Of a DNA stretch of 58,713 nt, positions 25,913 to 36,572 are shown piece after piece. Within the stretch, counting starts at the first letter, position 1. Every line of letters begins with the position of its first letter. The notes under the pieces are model-generated. The model was given only the letters and a program-made list of their open reading frames with translations, searched no databases and was not told the origin of the DNA. The stretch spans positions 1 through 58,713 of the forward strand of contig JBDKFG010000026.1 in NCBI GenBank assembly GCA_039798785.1, written 5' to 3'. This DNA is from Verrucomicrobiota bacterium. Its GTDB lineage: Bacteria > Verrucomicrobiota > Lentisphaeria > Lentisphaerales > Lentisphaeraceae. The position numbers and the translations under genes are program-made.

Positions 25913-26851
25913 TTATTTGAAGGCCGCAGAAACTTTAGCTTCTTTCAGCCAGGCAGCCAAGGCGGGATGCTTGCGGGACTCAGCCCACATTTCCGGCGTA
26001 TAATCAAGTTCATCTCGAGCGTCAATTTGAGCTCCAGCTTGAATGAGCCACTGGACACAAGTTAGTTGGCCATTGCTTGCCGCCAGATGAATCGGCTGAC
26101 AGCGCCTGTCATCCTCCGCCTTGATGTTGGCTCCAGCCGCCAGGAGGACGGGGAGTAAATCGACGGAGCCAGCAGATGCGGCGCAATGAATCGGCTGACG
26201 TCCAAAATGATCTCTACCATTAACTTTCGCGCCGGCGCGCAAAAGGGCTTGTACCAGCTCGATTTTTCCTGCGGCAGCCGCCAGGTGAATCGCGGCAACG
26301 CCAGTGGAGGTGAATTCATCCGTTTTCGCTCCTGCCGCAAGAAGGCACTGAAGAGCAGGTGCCACGGAGGATTTGCTGGAGCACAAGCAGTGAAGGGGTT
26401 GATATCCGCTGTCATTGACTGCATCGACTTTGCCGCCCGCCGCAATCAGCACTTGGAGGACTTTGGTATGTCCAGCCTCAGCGGCATAATGCATAGCTTG
26501 CCAGCGGTTGCGGGTTGAGGCATCGACCTTCGCGCCGGCTGACAAAAGAAATTTCACCGTCTCCACATGGCCCCGTCGTGCGGCATGATGAATTGCCTGC
26601 ATTGAGTCGCTCTGAGAGGTGATCAAGAGGGGGGCGGCGGCAAGAATTTTTTTAACGATTTCAAGATCGCCGGCATCTGCTGCTTGACCTAATTTTTCGG
26701 CGTAGCCCAGAGTTTCCTCTAGGCTCAGCTGGGCGGGTGCCGGTGAAGATGCAATGGCCGCAGGTGTAGGCGGCTCGGCTTTTTCAGAACAGGAAAAGCA
26801 TAATGCAAAGAGAGGAATTCCGAGAACCGAGTTATAGAGTTTGCGTGACAT
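25913..26851 (-). CDS. Ankyrin-repeat lipoprotein (~7 repeats)
   Basis: Lipobox LCFSC; repeated QPIH.AA..G...V..LL.AGA.VDA; lower GC. Confidence 0.9.
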   Translation of the reverse strand: MSRKLYNSVLGIPLFALCFSCSEKAEPPTPAAIASSPAPAQLSLEETLGYAEKLGQAADAGDLEIVKKILAAAPLLITSQSDSMQAIHHAARRGHVETVKFLLSAGAKVDASTRNRWQAMHYAAEAGHTKVLQVLIAAGGKVDAVNDSGYQPLHCLCSSKSSVAPALQCLLAAGAKTDEFTSTGVAAIHLAAAAGKIELVQALLRAGAKVNGRDHFGRQPIHCAASAGSVDLLPVLLAAGANIKAEDDRRCQPIHLAASNGQLTCVQWLIQAGAQIDARDELDYTPEMWAESRKHPALAAWLKEAKVSAAFK

Positions 26852-26900
26852 TCAGTGGCCCTTGAATTGAGAAAGTTCATATAGGTCTGAGGGAAGGGCT

Positions 26901-28280
26901 TCAAGGATGAGCCAGCAACCAAGCTGCAAGCTCTTTATGACCGCCTTTTTGCGCCTGCACGGCGAGGCTGTCACCTTGTAGGATCGCCTTGCGGTCGACG
27001 CCAGCCGAAAACAGCAATTTAACTACTTTTATATGGCCAGTCGAAACGGCAAAATGGATGGGCTGATAGCCATGTTTATCCGTGGCATCAATTTTTGCTC
27101 CTGAGGCAAGCAGGAGTTTGATGGTCTCAAGCCGTCCGCCGGAGCAGGCTTCATGGAGTGGGTGACCGAGCTGGTTATTAGTTGCATTCACTTGGGCACC
27201 TGCGGATAATAACAATTTGACTATCTCAACATTGTCGCGACGTGCCGCCACGTGAAGCAGTGTGTTGCCATGACCAAAAGTCGTATCAGGTTTGATTCCG
27301 GATTTGAGGTAATGATTGACAATCTCGGTTTCCCCGTTGATGAGTGCCCAAAATAGCACATCCATGTGGCTTTTGTCATTGGGGTTCATTTTTAAGCCCG
27401 TTGAAAGTAGCGCCTTGATGACATTGCCTTTTTGCTGATTTGAAGAGCGTAAGGCCAAGAAGTCACGACTAGAAAATATGGATTGGAGAGGGGTTTCTCC
27501 ATTGTTGTTACGAGCATCTAATCTGGCGCCAGCTGCAATCAACAGTTGTACCATCATCAAGTGTCCGTGCGCGCTTGCAAGATGGAGTGGTTGATCGCCA
27601 TTTTTTGTTGGAGTATCAACCTTAATTCCTTTCTCTAACAAATACTTTATGACGTCTGCATTTTTTGAATCAATAGCGAGGTGAATTGGCTGTTTTCCCG
27701 TGTAAGTCACGGGTGTCTCAAGGCTAACCCCCTTTGAATGCAGGAATTTGACAATTTCCAAATGCCCCTGTTCTGTCGCCACATGAATACATTGCTGCCC
27801 CTGCTTATTTGTTTGGTTTACTTTTGCCCCGGCATCAATGAGTATTTTTAAGGTGTCGAGATCCCCCGTGAATGCGGCTCCGAATAAAACACTTTCGTTT
27901 TGTTTGTTGACGCCATTTACCTGGGCGCCCTCCTGCAAAAGAAGCTTGACAATTTCGGTGTGACCGAAGTGCACTGCATAGGTCAGCGGCCGCATATTTT
28001 GTACCGGATCCGAAGTGTCACAGGGGACTTTGGCCGCGAGGAGGGCTTTGACCGTGATCAGATCGCCGTCTCGAGCGGCATGGGCGAGAGCGGCGAGAAG
28101 TTCCTGTGGGGAATACTTCTTGTTGAGAGGCAAAGAGTGTTTCAGGTCTTCAAGTGTAACGGCAGGATTGACGACCCCCGGCTTAACCGGATTAGTGGCA
28201 ACAGCGTGGGGTTTCTCAGAACAGGCGACCTGAGACAGAAGAAAGGCACTTATCAAGGACTTCATGATGGCGGGATGCAT
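26901..28280 (-). CDS. Ankyrin-repeat lipoprotein (~11-12 repeats)
   Basis: Signal/lipobox SQVAC; many G..PLH.A...G repeats; markedly AT-rich. The start is at 28280 or 28265, not the ORF-track start inside hisC. Confidence 0.88.
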   Translation of the reverse strand: MHPAIMKSLISAFLLSQVACSEKPHAVATNPVKPGVVNPAVTLEDLKHSLPLNKKYSPQELLAALAHAARDGDLITVKALLAAKVPCDTSDPVQNMRPLTYAVHFGHTEIVKLLLQEGAQVNGVNKQNESVLFGAAFTGDLDTLKILIDAGAKVNQTNKQGQQCIHVATEQGHLEIVKFLHSKGVSLETPVTYTGKQPIHLAIDSKNADVIKYLLEKGIKVDTPTKNGDQPLHLASAHGHLMMVQLLIAAGARLDARNNNGETPLQSIFSSRDFLALRSSNQQKGNVIKALLSTGLKMNPNDKSHMDVLFWALINGETEIVNHYLKSGIKPDTTFGHGNTLLHVAARRDNVEIVKLLLSAGAQVNATNNQLGHPLHEACSGGRLETIKLLLASGAKIDATDKHGYQPIHFAVSTGHIKVVKLLFSAGVDRKAILQGDSLAVQAQKGGHKELAAWLLAHP

Positions 28281-28336
28281 AGAGGGAGTTCCTACGCGAT
28301 TGTTGGCGCTCAGGTGGATTGTCCTGCGGAGCATGA

Positions 28337-29407
28337 TTATTTCAAGCAGCCTTCCAGGGCGGCGAAGAAGGCGTCCATCTCGGCATCGGAGCCGATCGAG
28401 ATGCGGAGGCGCTCGTCGATGCCGGGGAGATTGAACCAGCGGACCAGGAAGCCGGCTTGGCGGAGCTTGCCGAGAAGCTCGCGGGCGACCTGTCCGACGG
28501 GGGGGCGGGCGAAGAGGAAGTTCGATTCCGACATCGGGCAGTCGAAGCCGAGGGCGCGGAGGCGGGCGACGCTGGTCGCGCGGGTCGCTTTCACCTTGGC
28601 GCAACATTCGGCGTGGTAGCTCTGGTCGAGCAGGGCGGCGGCGGCGGCGCGTTGGGCGATGAAGTCGACGTTGTAGGAATCGCGCACTTTATGGAGGGCG
28701 TGAATGAGTTCTTCGCGGCCGAAGCACAGGCCGACGCGGAGGCCGGCAAGGGAGTAGGATTTCGAGAAGGTGCGCAGGACCAGGACGTTCTCGAGCTCGT
28801 CGACTAGCGACAGGCAGTTGTCGGCGGCGAAGTCGGCGTAGGCCTCGTCGACCACCACCGCACCATGGAAGACCTGGGCGAAACGGCGCACCGATTCGAC
28901 CGGGTAGCAGTTGCCGGTGGGGGCGTTGGGGCGGGTGATGAAGAAGAGCTTGCAGCCGGCTTCGTTGGCCTGTTCGGCGACGGTTTCCGCATCGGGGAAG
29001 GAGAAGTCGGAGCGGAGGGGGACGGAGAAATAGCGGCAGCCCTGGATCTCGGCGAGGACGGTGTAGAGCGAGTAGGTCGGGTCCATCGCGCCGATGGCAT
29101 CGCCTTCGCCGGCGAAGGTGCGGATCAGCATGGTGAGCAACTCATCCGAGCCGTTGCCGGCGATGATGCGTGCGCTCGGGACGCCGTAGACCTGGGTCGC
29201 GGCCTGGATCAGGCAGTCGGAACCGGGGGGCGGATATTTGCGGAGATCGCTGAAGGGGAAGTCGCGGATCGCGGCGACGACGGCGGGCGAAGGCGGGTAG
29301 GGGTTTTCGTTGGTGTTGAGCTTGGTCACCGGCTGGCCCTTGGGCTGTTCGCCTGGGGTGTAGCCGGTCATGGCGTTGATGCGGGCGAGGACGAGTGGGC
29401 TGTTCAT
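28337..29407 (-). CDS. hisC: Histidinol-phosphate aminotransferase
   Basis: KLNTNENPYPPSP, GNGSDE, PNAPTG, DEAY.DF and RTFSKSYSLAGLRVG motifs; start ATG 29407. Confidence 0.96.
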   Translation of the reverse strand: MNSPLVLARINAMTGYTPGEQPKGQPVTKLNTNENPYPPSPAVVAAIRDFPFSDLRKYPPPGSDCLIQAATQVYGVPSARIIAGNGSDELLTMLIRTFAGEGDAIGAMDPTYSLYTVLAEIQGCRYFSVPLRSDFSFPDAETVAEQANEAGCKLFFITRPNAPTGNCYPVESVRRFAQVFHGAVVVDEAYADFAADNCLSLVDELENVLVLRTFSKSYSLAGLRVGLCFGREELIHALHKVRDSYNVDFIAQRAAAAALLDQSYHAECCAKVKATRATSVARLRALGFDCPMSESNFLFARPPVGQVARELLGKLRQAGFLVRWFNLPGIDERLRISIGSDAEMDAFFAALEGCLK

Positions 29408-29621
29408 GGGAGAAGGCACCTGTTGGGTTTTGTGATCTCCGCAATCTTGCCGGAAAACGCCTGGCTGCAAGGAGCCAGGACGCGGAGGGTGCGAAATCCC
29501 TGTCGAGTTTGCCGGGACCTCGCTTCTGCGCCGGGGGAGGGCCATTCTTCCCTCCTTGCCTTTCCTGCTCCGGCGCTTAACATGGGCGGCGAACGAAATC
29601 AAGATCTCCAAGGATGACCCG

Positions 29622-31052
<1,431 letters not shown>

Positions 31053-31110
31053 ACTTACATAGCAGCTCGAGTTCGGATGTGGCTTGATCGTCCTGATCGA
31101 CAATTGAGAC

Positions 31111-31133
31111 GTGGCTCGAGCTTCCAGCTCGAG
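31111..31133. repeat. REP-like hairpin GTGG-CTCGAGCTTCCAGCTCGAG
   Basis: Palindrome with a GTRG foot; related copy at ~5707-5724. Confidence 0.55.
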
Positions 31134-31172
31134 TTCTACTCACATAAGCTCACGTAAATCGGGAGAGCCGCC

Positions 31173-31487
31173 ATGAATGACTTCGTCACCGTTCTGAGTT
31201 CTTTCCGGAATGAGCATGATCGTCCGCTCCAGATCTGGCTCGAGATGCTCTGTGAAGGCGTCATCCTACCTCCGGGAGAAAGCCTGACTCTGCTCGCCCG
31301 CCCCAAAGACAGGGATGGATCTGGCGAGCTCCTGCCGCTCTCCATGACTTGGGACAAAGACGGCTCCTTGATTATTTATGCCCACACTGTGATGGATCCT
31401 GACTGGCACATCCTATACAAAGGGAAGCTGATCAAGCCAGAATGGCCGACGAAACTGGCCGATCTGGAAGTCAGTGCACCCCCTTGA
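31173..31487 (+). CDS. Hypothetical protein (104 aa)
   Basis: ATG with GGAG RBS; reduced GC; co-oriented with the next gene. Confidence 0.6.
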   Translation: MNDFVTVLSSFRNEHDRPLQIWLEMLCEGVILPPGESLTLLARPKDRDGSGELLPLSMTWDKDGSLIIYAHTVMDPDWHILYKGKLIKPEWPTKLADLEVSAPP

Positions 31488-31502
31488 ACAGGAGTGAAGT
31501 GC

Positions 31503-32327
31503 ATGAAAGTCCTCTTTCTCGACATTGACGGCGTTCTGATCCCGAACTCTTGGGTCAAACAGCGAGGCACTTTCGACCCTGTCGCGATCGCCAATCTCAA
31601 TCGGATCGTCGCAGCGACCGGGGCGCACATCGTGATCTCATCAAGCTGGCGTGTCCAAAATGGACTTCCCGCCTTGCGTGAACTATTTGGGGTTGCCGGG
31701 TTCCGCGGTGAAATTATCGATATCACCCCCGTCCTGCGACACAGTCGAGGTGAGGAGATCTCCGCTTGGCTTCAAGCTCATTCAGAAGTCCATGAGTATC
31801 TGATTCTCGATGATGTCGACGATGAGCTGTGTCGCTTCGGAGACCGGTTCCTGCTGCTTGATTCCGACCGTGGGTTGACGGATGATTCTGCCGCCTCCAC
31901 AATCGCCTGTTTACGCATGACAAAAGGCATCGCACCGGCCATCCGCACCGCCTTGATCGCCGAAATCGCCTTGGCCTGGCGGAGGACAACGATGTGTCCT
32001 GAGGGTCTTTGGATCGCCGAACATGGTGAACAAGCTCCTGAAGCCGATTCTCTGCAATCGCACGTGGTGGACTCCTGGTTTCTCAGCCCTCGTGGCCTTC
32101 GGCACATCGGCTGCTGGCCTTATCGTCGTATGCTTCACCTCCACAAGGGATCCTCATGGCACCCCCCTTCTCCATGGTCATGGGACAGGGGCCTCGCTGC
32201 CTTTGCCCCCTCTGGCGAAAGGCGTTTTTATGCCGAATGGCACTTTCATGCCCGCTTCGGCGAGGGCTATCTCCTTGAGGGAGATGCGGATAGATGGACA
32301 TTGAAAAGTCGTTTGTGGATTAGCTAA
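31503..32327 (+). CDS. HAD domain (Swiss-Army-knife RNA-repair-like) protein with C-terminal Trp-rich extension
   Basis: FLDIDGV, IVISSSWR, RG.EI..WL, Y.ILDD and GLT motifs in the first ~140 aa. Confidence 0.8.
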   Translation: MKVLFLDIDGVLIPNSWVKQRGTFDPVAIANLNRIVAATGAHIVISSSWRVQNGLPALRELFGVAGFRGEIIDITPVLRHSRGEEISAWLQAHSEVHEYLILDDVDDELCRFGDRFLLLDSDRGLTDDSAASTIACLRMTKGIAPAIRTALIAEIALAWRRTTMCPEGLWIAEHGEQAPEADSLQSHVVDSWFLSPRGLRHIGCWPYRRMLHLHKGSSWHPPSPWSWDRGLAAFAPSGERRFYAEWHFHARFGEGYLLEGDADRWTLKSRLWIS

Positions 32328-32436
32328 GCTTGCGACTTTTCTGTCACGAGTTCTAGGTGTGTAGCCCCGGATTCAGACGGTTGTTGAGCTCGAATGGGAC
32401 CTATGCGGCCCATGCGGCCTTCGCGCCGCAGGAATC

Positions 32437-33048
32437 TCAGACCCCGTGTTTGAGGCGGTATTGGACCAGGTCTTCGACCGAGACGAGGCGGAGCTGGTGT
32501 TTGGCGCAATAGATCCGCAGATCGGGGAGGCGGGCCATGCTGCCGTCTTCGTTCATGATTTCGCAGATGACGCCGGAGGGGTCGAGTCCAGCGAGGCGGG
32601 CGAGGTCGACCGAGGCTTCGGTTTGGCCGCGGCGTTCGAGGACGCCGCCGGGGCGGGCGACGAGGGGGAAGATATGGCCGGGGCGGATGAAGTCGTCGGG
32701 CGCGGCCTCGGGGCTGGCGAGGAGGCGGGCGCTGAGGGCTCTTTCCGCCGCGGAGATGCCGGTGGTGGTGCCTTCGCGGGCGTCGACCGAGACGGTGAAG
32801 GCGGTGCCTTTCGGGCAGGTGTTGCGGTCGGCCATCGGCGCCAGTGACAGCTGGGCGGCGCGTTCGACGGTGATCGGGACGCAGATCAGGCCGCGGCCCC
32901 AGGCGGCCATGAAGTTGATCGTCTCCTGGGTGGCGTGGCAGGCCGCCAGCACCAGGTCGCCTTCGTTCTCGCGGTCTTCGTCGTCGACGACGACGACGAG
33001 GCGGCCTTGGCGGATGTCAGCGATGGCGTCTTCAATGCGGTCGAGCAC
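32437..33048 (-). CDS. ribB: 3,4-dihydroxy-2-butanone-4-phosphate synthase
   Basis: DDEDRENEGD, FTVSVD, TTGISA, PGHIFPL and GVICEI motifs; GTG 33048 (AGGA RBS) preferred over TTG 33081. Confidence 0.96.
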   Translation of the reverse strand: MLDRIEDAIADIRQGRLVVVVDDEDRENEGDLVLAACHATQETINFMAAWGRGLICVPITVERAAQLSLAPMADRNTCPKGTAFTVSVDAREGTTTGISAAERALSARLLASPEAAPDDFIRPGHIFPLVARPGGVLERRGQTEASVDLARLAGLDPSGVICEIMNEDGSMARLPDLRIYCAKHQLRLVSVEDLVQYRLKHGV

Positions 33049-33088
33049 GGCGGGGTCCTGGATTGGGTTTTGATCGCCCAAGATAAAC

Positions 33089-33121
33089 GCCGCTGCCGCC
33101 CTTGGCTAGGGCGGCAGCGGC
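33089..33121 (-). terminator. Strong hairpin, probable terminator or RNA-stabilising element
   Basis: 14-bp perfect stem GCCGCTGCCGCCCT/AGGGCGGCAGCGGC followed by GTTTATCTT on the minus strand. Confidence 0.55.
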
Positions 33122-33138
33122 AGGAAGGGGGCTTACGG

Positions 33139-33507
33139 TCAGTTGTTGGCTTTCAGCAGCGACAGCTTCTTGTTGGCGATGTCGGCCCACTGGCCCTGAG
33201 GGAACTTCTTCAGGTAGTCTTCGTAGGCGGCGACCGCCGGTTTCGACACGTTGTCCTGGCCGAGGGCGTTGGCGCGGCGGTACATCGCCTCCTCGACATG
33301 GGCTCCTTCAGGGAAGCGCTTCAGCACTTCGGCGTAGATCTCCGCCGCTTCGTTGTTGCGGAAGGCGACGCCCTTGATCTTCGCGGCGGTCATGCACTTG
33401 TCGACGCTTTTTTCGGCGTATCCCTTTTCCGCCCACCAGGAGGCGGCCGGCGAAATCGATCCAATGGCGACGACGAGAAGAATGATGCAGACAATCAAAG
33501 CGCGCAT
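33139..33507 (-). CDS. Small secreted TPR protein
   Basis: N-terminal hydrophobic signal; Y..V.KRFPEG and YEDYLKKFPQG TPR-like units; AAGGAG RBS. Confidence 0.8.
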   Translation of the reverse strand: MRALIVCIILLVVAIGSISPAASWWAEKGYAEKSVDKCMTAAKIKGVAFRNNEAAEIYAEVLKRFPEGAHVEEAMYRRANALGQDNVSKPAVAAYEDYLKKFPQGQWADIANKKLSLLKANN

Positions 33508-33577
33508 AGAGAACTCCTTTAAGGAATTTGGTGAATGTGTCGATTATAGCGAGATCTAACGGCTGGCGCAAGAGGGA

Positions 33578-34027
33578 TTAGAGGCCGCCCTGGGCGCCGT
33601 AGACTTTTTCTTCGAGGAGCCGCTGGAATTCCATCATCTCTTCGGGGCTGGGGCGGGTGGTCTTGTCGGCCATGTTCATGCCGAGGCGGCCGGCGTTGTC
33701 GACCCACCATTCGCCTTTCAGGCCGGAGGCGAAGGAGACGCTGCCGGAGAGCATGGCGCCGGGGCGGGCGATCTTGGACATTTCGACGACGGTGCCGGCT
33801 GGCTGGGCTTCGCCGGTGCTGTCGTCGGCGTCTTCGGCCTTTTTCGCTTCGGGCTTGACCGGATCAAGCTCCTTCCAGTCGATCTCCGCTTCTGCGGCGA
33901 GCAGGCGCAGCTCCATGAAGGTCATGCTCTGGCCGTGCTGGTCGCGCAGGAGGCGGTGGATGTCGTTGAGCGAGGTCTTCTTCTTCAGCTCGAGGGCGAT
34001 GAGTTTTTTCAGGGCGGCGGGATCCAT
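33578..34027 (-). CDS. Conserved hypothetical protein (149 aa)
   Basis: AAGGAG RBS; strong codon bias; MTFMELRLL and RPGAMLSG.V.F.SG....W.VD..GRLG blocks. Confidence 0.8.
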   Translation of the reverse strand: MDPAALKKLIALELKKKTSLNDIHRLLRDQHGQSMTFMELRLLAAEAEIDWKELDPVKPEAKKAEDADDSTGEAQPAGTVVEMSKIARPGAMLSGSVSFASGLKGEWWVDNAGRLGMNMADKTTRPSPEEMMEFQRLLEEKVYGAQGGL

Positions 34028-34406
34028 GATGCGTTCTCCTTGGAATGGGCACCGTCAATTTACCCCGGATTGTGAGGAGTAAAGGACGAAGCGGGGCGAG
34101 GAGCGGCTATTCTGTCGCAGTCCCTTCCAAGCGCTGTCCTGCGAGAGAAAGCAAGAAGTTGGCGAATGGAAGTGAATGGGGGGATGCCCTTCCCTATCCC
34201 GGCGCCGCCGGAACCAAATTCACCACAGAGGCACAGAGACAAGCTTTTTCGGCAAGCTCAGTTTCAGCACAAATGTGACATCTTTTGTTTCCTTTGAGCG
34301 TTTAAGCGACTGGGAGACCAGTTGTGTCCCAGTCAGGGCGAATCCGGGAACCCCGCCAAGCTGCCGCCGTCTCATACCCGCCCCAACACCCTTGGAGAAA
34401 GAATTC

Positions 34407-36572
34407 ATGCTACGCTTGTCCTTCGCCACCCTCTTTCTCTTAACCCTCAGCTCGCTCGGCGCCGCGACGCCGGAATGGATCGACCTTGAAGCCCGGCCCC
34501 TGGCCGCCGGCAACACGCGCGACACCAACGGCCGCATCAGCAAGGTCGAAAGCCCCCGCCTGCACCTGCTGCGCTCGCCGCAAAAAAACGCCAAGGGCAC
34601 GGTCCTGGTCTTCCCCGGCGGCGGCTACCGGATCCTCGCGGCTGATCACGAAGGCGACCAGGTCGCGGCCTTCTGCAACCGCCAGGGCTTCGATGCCGCC
34701 GTCCTGGAATATTCCGTCAGCGCCGGCCCGGCCACCCGCGACCTCGCCCTGGCCGAGGCGCAGAAGGCCTGGAGCCTGTTGCGCCGGGAAAACGCCGCGC
34801 TCGGGCTCGCCGGCAAGCGCTTCGGCCTGATCGGTTTCTCCGCCGGCGGCCACCTCGCCGCCCGCCTCAGCTCGCGCCTCGATGCCGCCGCACAGCCGCA
34901 GGATCTGATGCTGATCTACCCCGCCTACCTCGACGAAACCCTGCCCGGCAGCGTCCTCCAGGCCCTCGTCCCGCCCCGCCAGCCCGCCGGACGCCTCTTC
35001 ACCCTGATCGCCGCCAACGACCGCAAGGAATGGATGAAAAGCGCCGAGGTCTACACCAAGATCTGGCGCGGGAGCGATGCCTACGCCGAGTGGCATCTCC
35101 CGGCCTTGGGCGGCCACGGCTTCGGCTTAAAAGCCGAACTGCCGGAAGGGGTCAAAGACTGGCCGGAGCGTCTCGCGGCCTTCCTCCAGGCACCCCCTCC
35201 GGCGGCCGCCGCCAATTCCGCCGTGGCGCCGGTGCCGCAACCGGGCACCCAGGGGCGCCACGCCGCCAAGCTCAAGCTGGTGCAGCAGCAAAAGTTCGAC
35301 CTGGTCCTCCTCGGCGACTCGATCACCCACAATCTTGAAAATCCGGCCTTCAAACAGGTCTGGGACACCCATTTCGCCCCTCGCAAAGCCCTCAATCTCG
35401 GCACCAGCGGCGCCCGCACCGAAAACAACCTATGGAGCCTGGACCAGGGGCTGCTCGACGGCCAGACGCCGAAAGTCATCACCCTGATGATCGGCACCAA
35501 CAATGTCGATGAAAAGAACTACCCGGTCCGCCACAGCGCCGGACAATTGGTCGAAGGCACAGCCGCGATCGTCGCCAGGCTGCGGCAGAAATGCCCGCAG
35601 GCGAAGATCCTCCTGATCAAACCCTTCCCCGGCAGCTACGACGGGCCGGTGCCGACCTCGCACCGCATCATCCTCGAACGCGCCGGCGCCGGCCTTGCCA
35701 AGCTGGCAGATGGGCAACAAGTCTTCCTGGCCGACTTCAACCACCTCTTCCTCAAGCCCGACGGCGCGATCGACCGCGAGCTGATGCCCGACTGCCTTCA
35801 CCCCAGTCCGAAAGGAGCCGGACTCTGGGCCCAGGCGATGGAGCCGCTCCTGAGCCGCCTGATGGGCGACCAGATCCGCGGTGAACCCCCGGCCAACAGC
35901 GCCCTCGTCCCGGCACCCAAGCTCGAAGAAGACTGTTACGACTGGCATGCCCGCCACGCCGAGATTCTCAAGATCAAAAACGCGGTGAATCCCGACATTG
36001 TCATGATCGGCGATTCGATCACTCATTTCTGGGGCGGCCTGCCGAAGTCCCGCACCCATGGCCCGAAGTCCTGGGAGGAGCTTTTCGGACAGCGCCGCGT
36101 CCTCAATCTCGGCTTCGGCTGGGACCGGATCCAGAACATGCTGTGGCGCCTTGATGCCGGCGAGCTCGACGGCCTCAGCCCCCGTCTCGTCGTCATCAAC
36201 GCCGGCACCAACAACTCCAGCCAGACCCGGAAGGCCCGCGCCAACACCCCGGCGGAGATCGCCGCCGGCGTCGCCGCCCTGGTGATCCGGGTCCGCTCCA
36301 AGTGCCCCCAGGCGCGCATCCTGGTGACGGGCATCCTGCCGCGCGAGGAACTCGCCAGCCACCCCCGCCGCCAGCTCCTCGACGCCGCCAATCTCGAGAT
36401 CGAAGCCTGGACGAAGCAGCACGGGGTGGATTTCCTGCGCCTGAACGAGCGCTTCCTCGATGCAGCAGGCCAGCTCAGCCGCGAACTCTGTGGCGACCTC
36501 TGCCATCCCTCCGAGAAGGGCTACCGGATTTGGGCTGAAGGCCTGCAGCCCTATCTGCCGCCGCGCGACTGA
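34407..36572 (+). CDS. Secreted trimodular esterase: alpha/beta hydrolase + two SGNH/GDSL domains
   Basis: Signal peptide; PGGGY, GFSAGG and HGFG; two GDSIT...GTNN...D.xHP domains; start ATG 34407. Confidence 0.9.
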   Translation: MLRLSFATLFLLTLSSLGAATPEWIDLEARPLAAGNTRDTNGRISKVESPRLHLLRSPQKNAKGTVLVFPGGGYRILAADHEGDQVAAFCNRQGFDAAVLEYSVSAGPATRDLALAEAQKAWSLLRRENAALGLAGKRFGLIGFSAGGHLAARLSSRLDAAAQPQDLMLIYPAYLDETLPGSVLQALVPPRQPAGRLFTLIAANDRKEWMKSAEVYTKIWRGSDAYAEWHLPALGGHGFGLKAELPEGVKDWPERLAAFLQAPPPAAAANSAVAPVPQPGTQGRHAAKLKLVQQQKFDLVLLGDSITHNLENPAFKQVWDTHFAPRKALNLGTSGARTENNLWSLDQGLLDGQTPKVITLMIGTNNVDEKNYPVRHSAGQLVEGTAAIVARLRQKCPQAKILLIKPFPGSYDGPVPTSHRIILERAGAGLAKLADGQQVFLADFNHLFLKPDGAIDRELMPDCLHPSPKGAGLWAQAMEPLLSRLMGDQIRGEPPANSALVPAPKLEEDCYDWHARHAEILKIKNAVNPDIVMIGDSITHFWGGLPKSRTHGPKSWEELFGQRRVLNLGFGWDRIQNMLWRLDAGELDGLSPRLVVINAGTNNSSQTRKARANTPAEIAAGVAALVIRVRSKCPQARILVTGILPREELASHPRRQLLDAANLEIEAWTKQHGVDFLRLNERFLDAAGQLSRELCGDLCHPSEKGYRIWAEGLQPYLPPRD

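Noticed and set aside
28266..28280. Ankyrin gene start MHPAI resembling MHPAV of the SSK/TPR paralogues
   Set aside because: Only 12 nt are shared and upstream similarity is weak; could be chance, and the true start may be the next Met.
33049..33138. FMN riboswitch upstream of ribB
   Set aside because: The space is too short and has no AGGGCGGGG/CCGAC RFN motifs; only one GC-rich hairpin.
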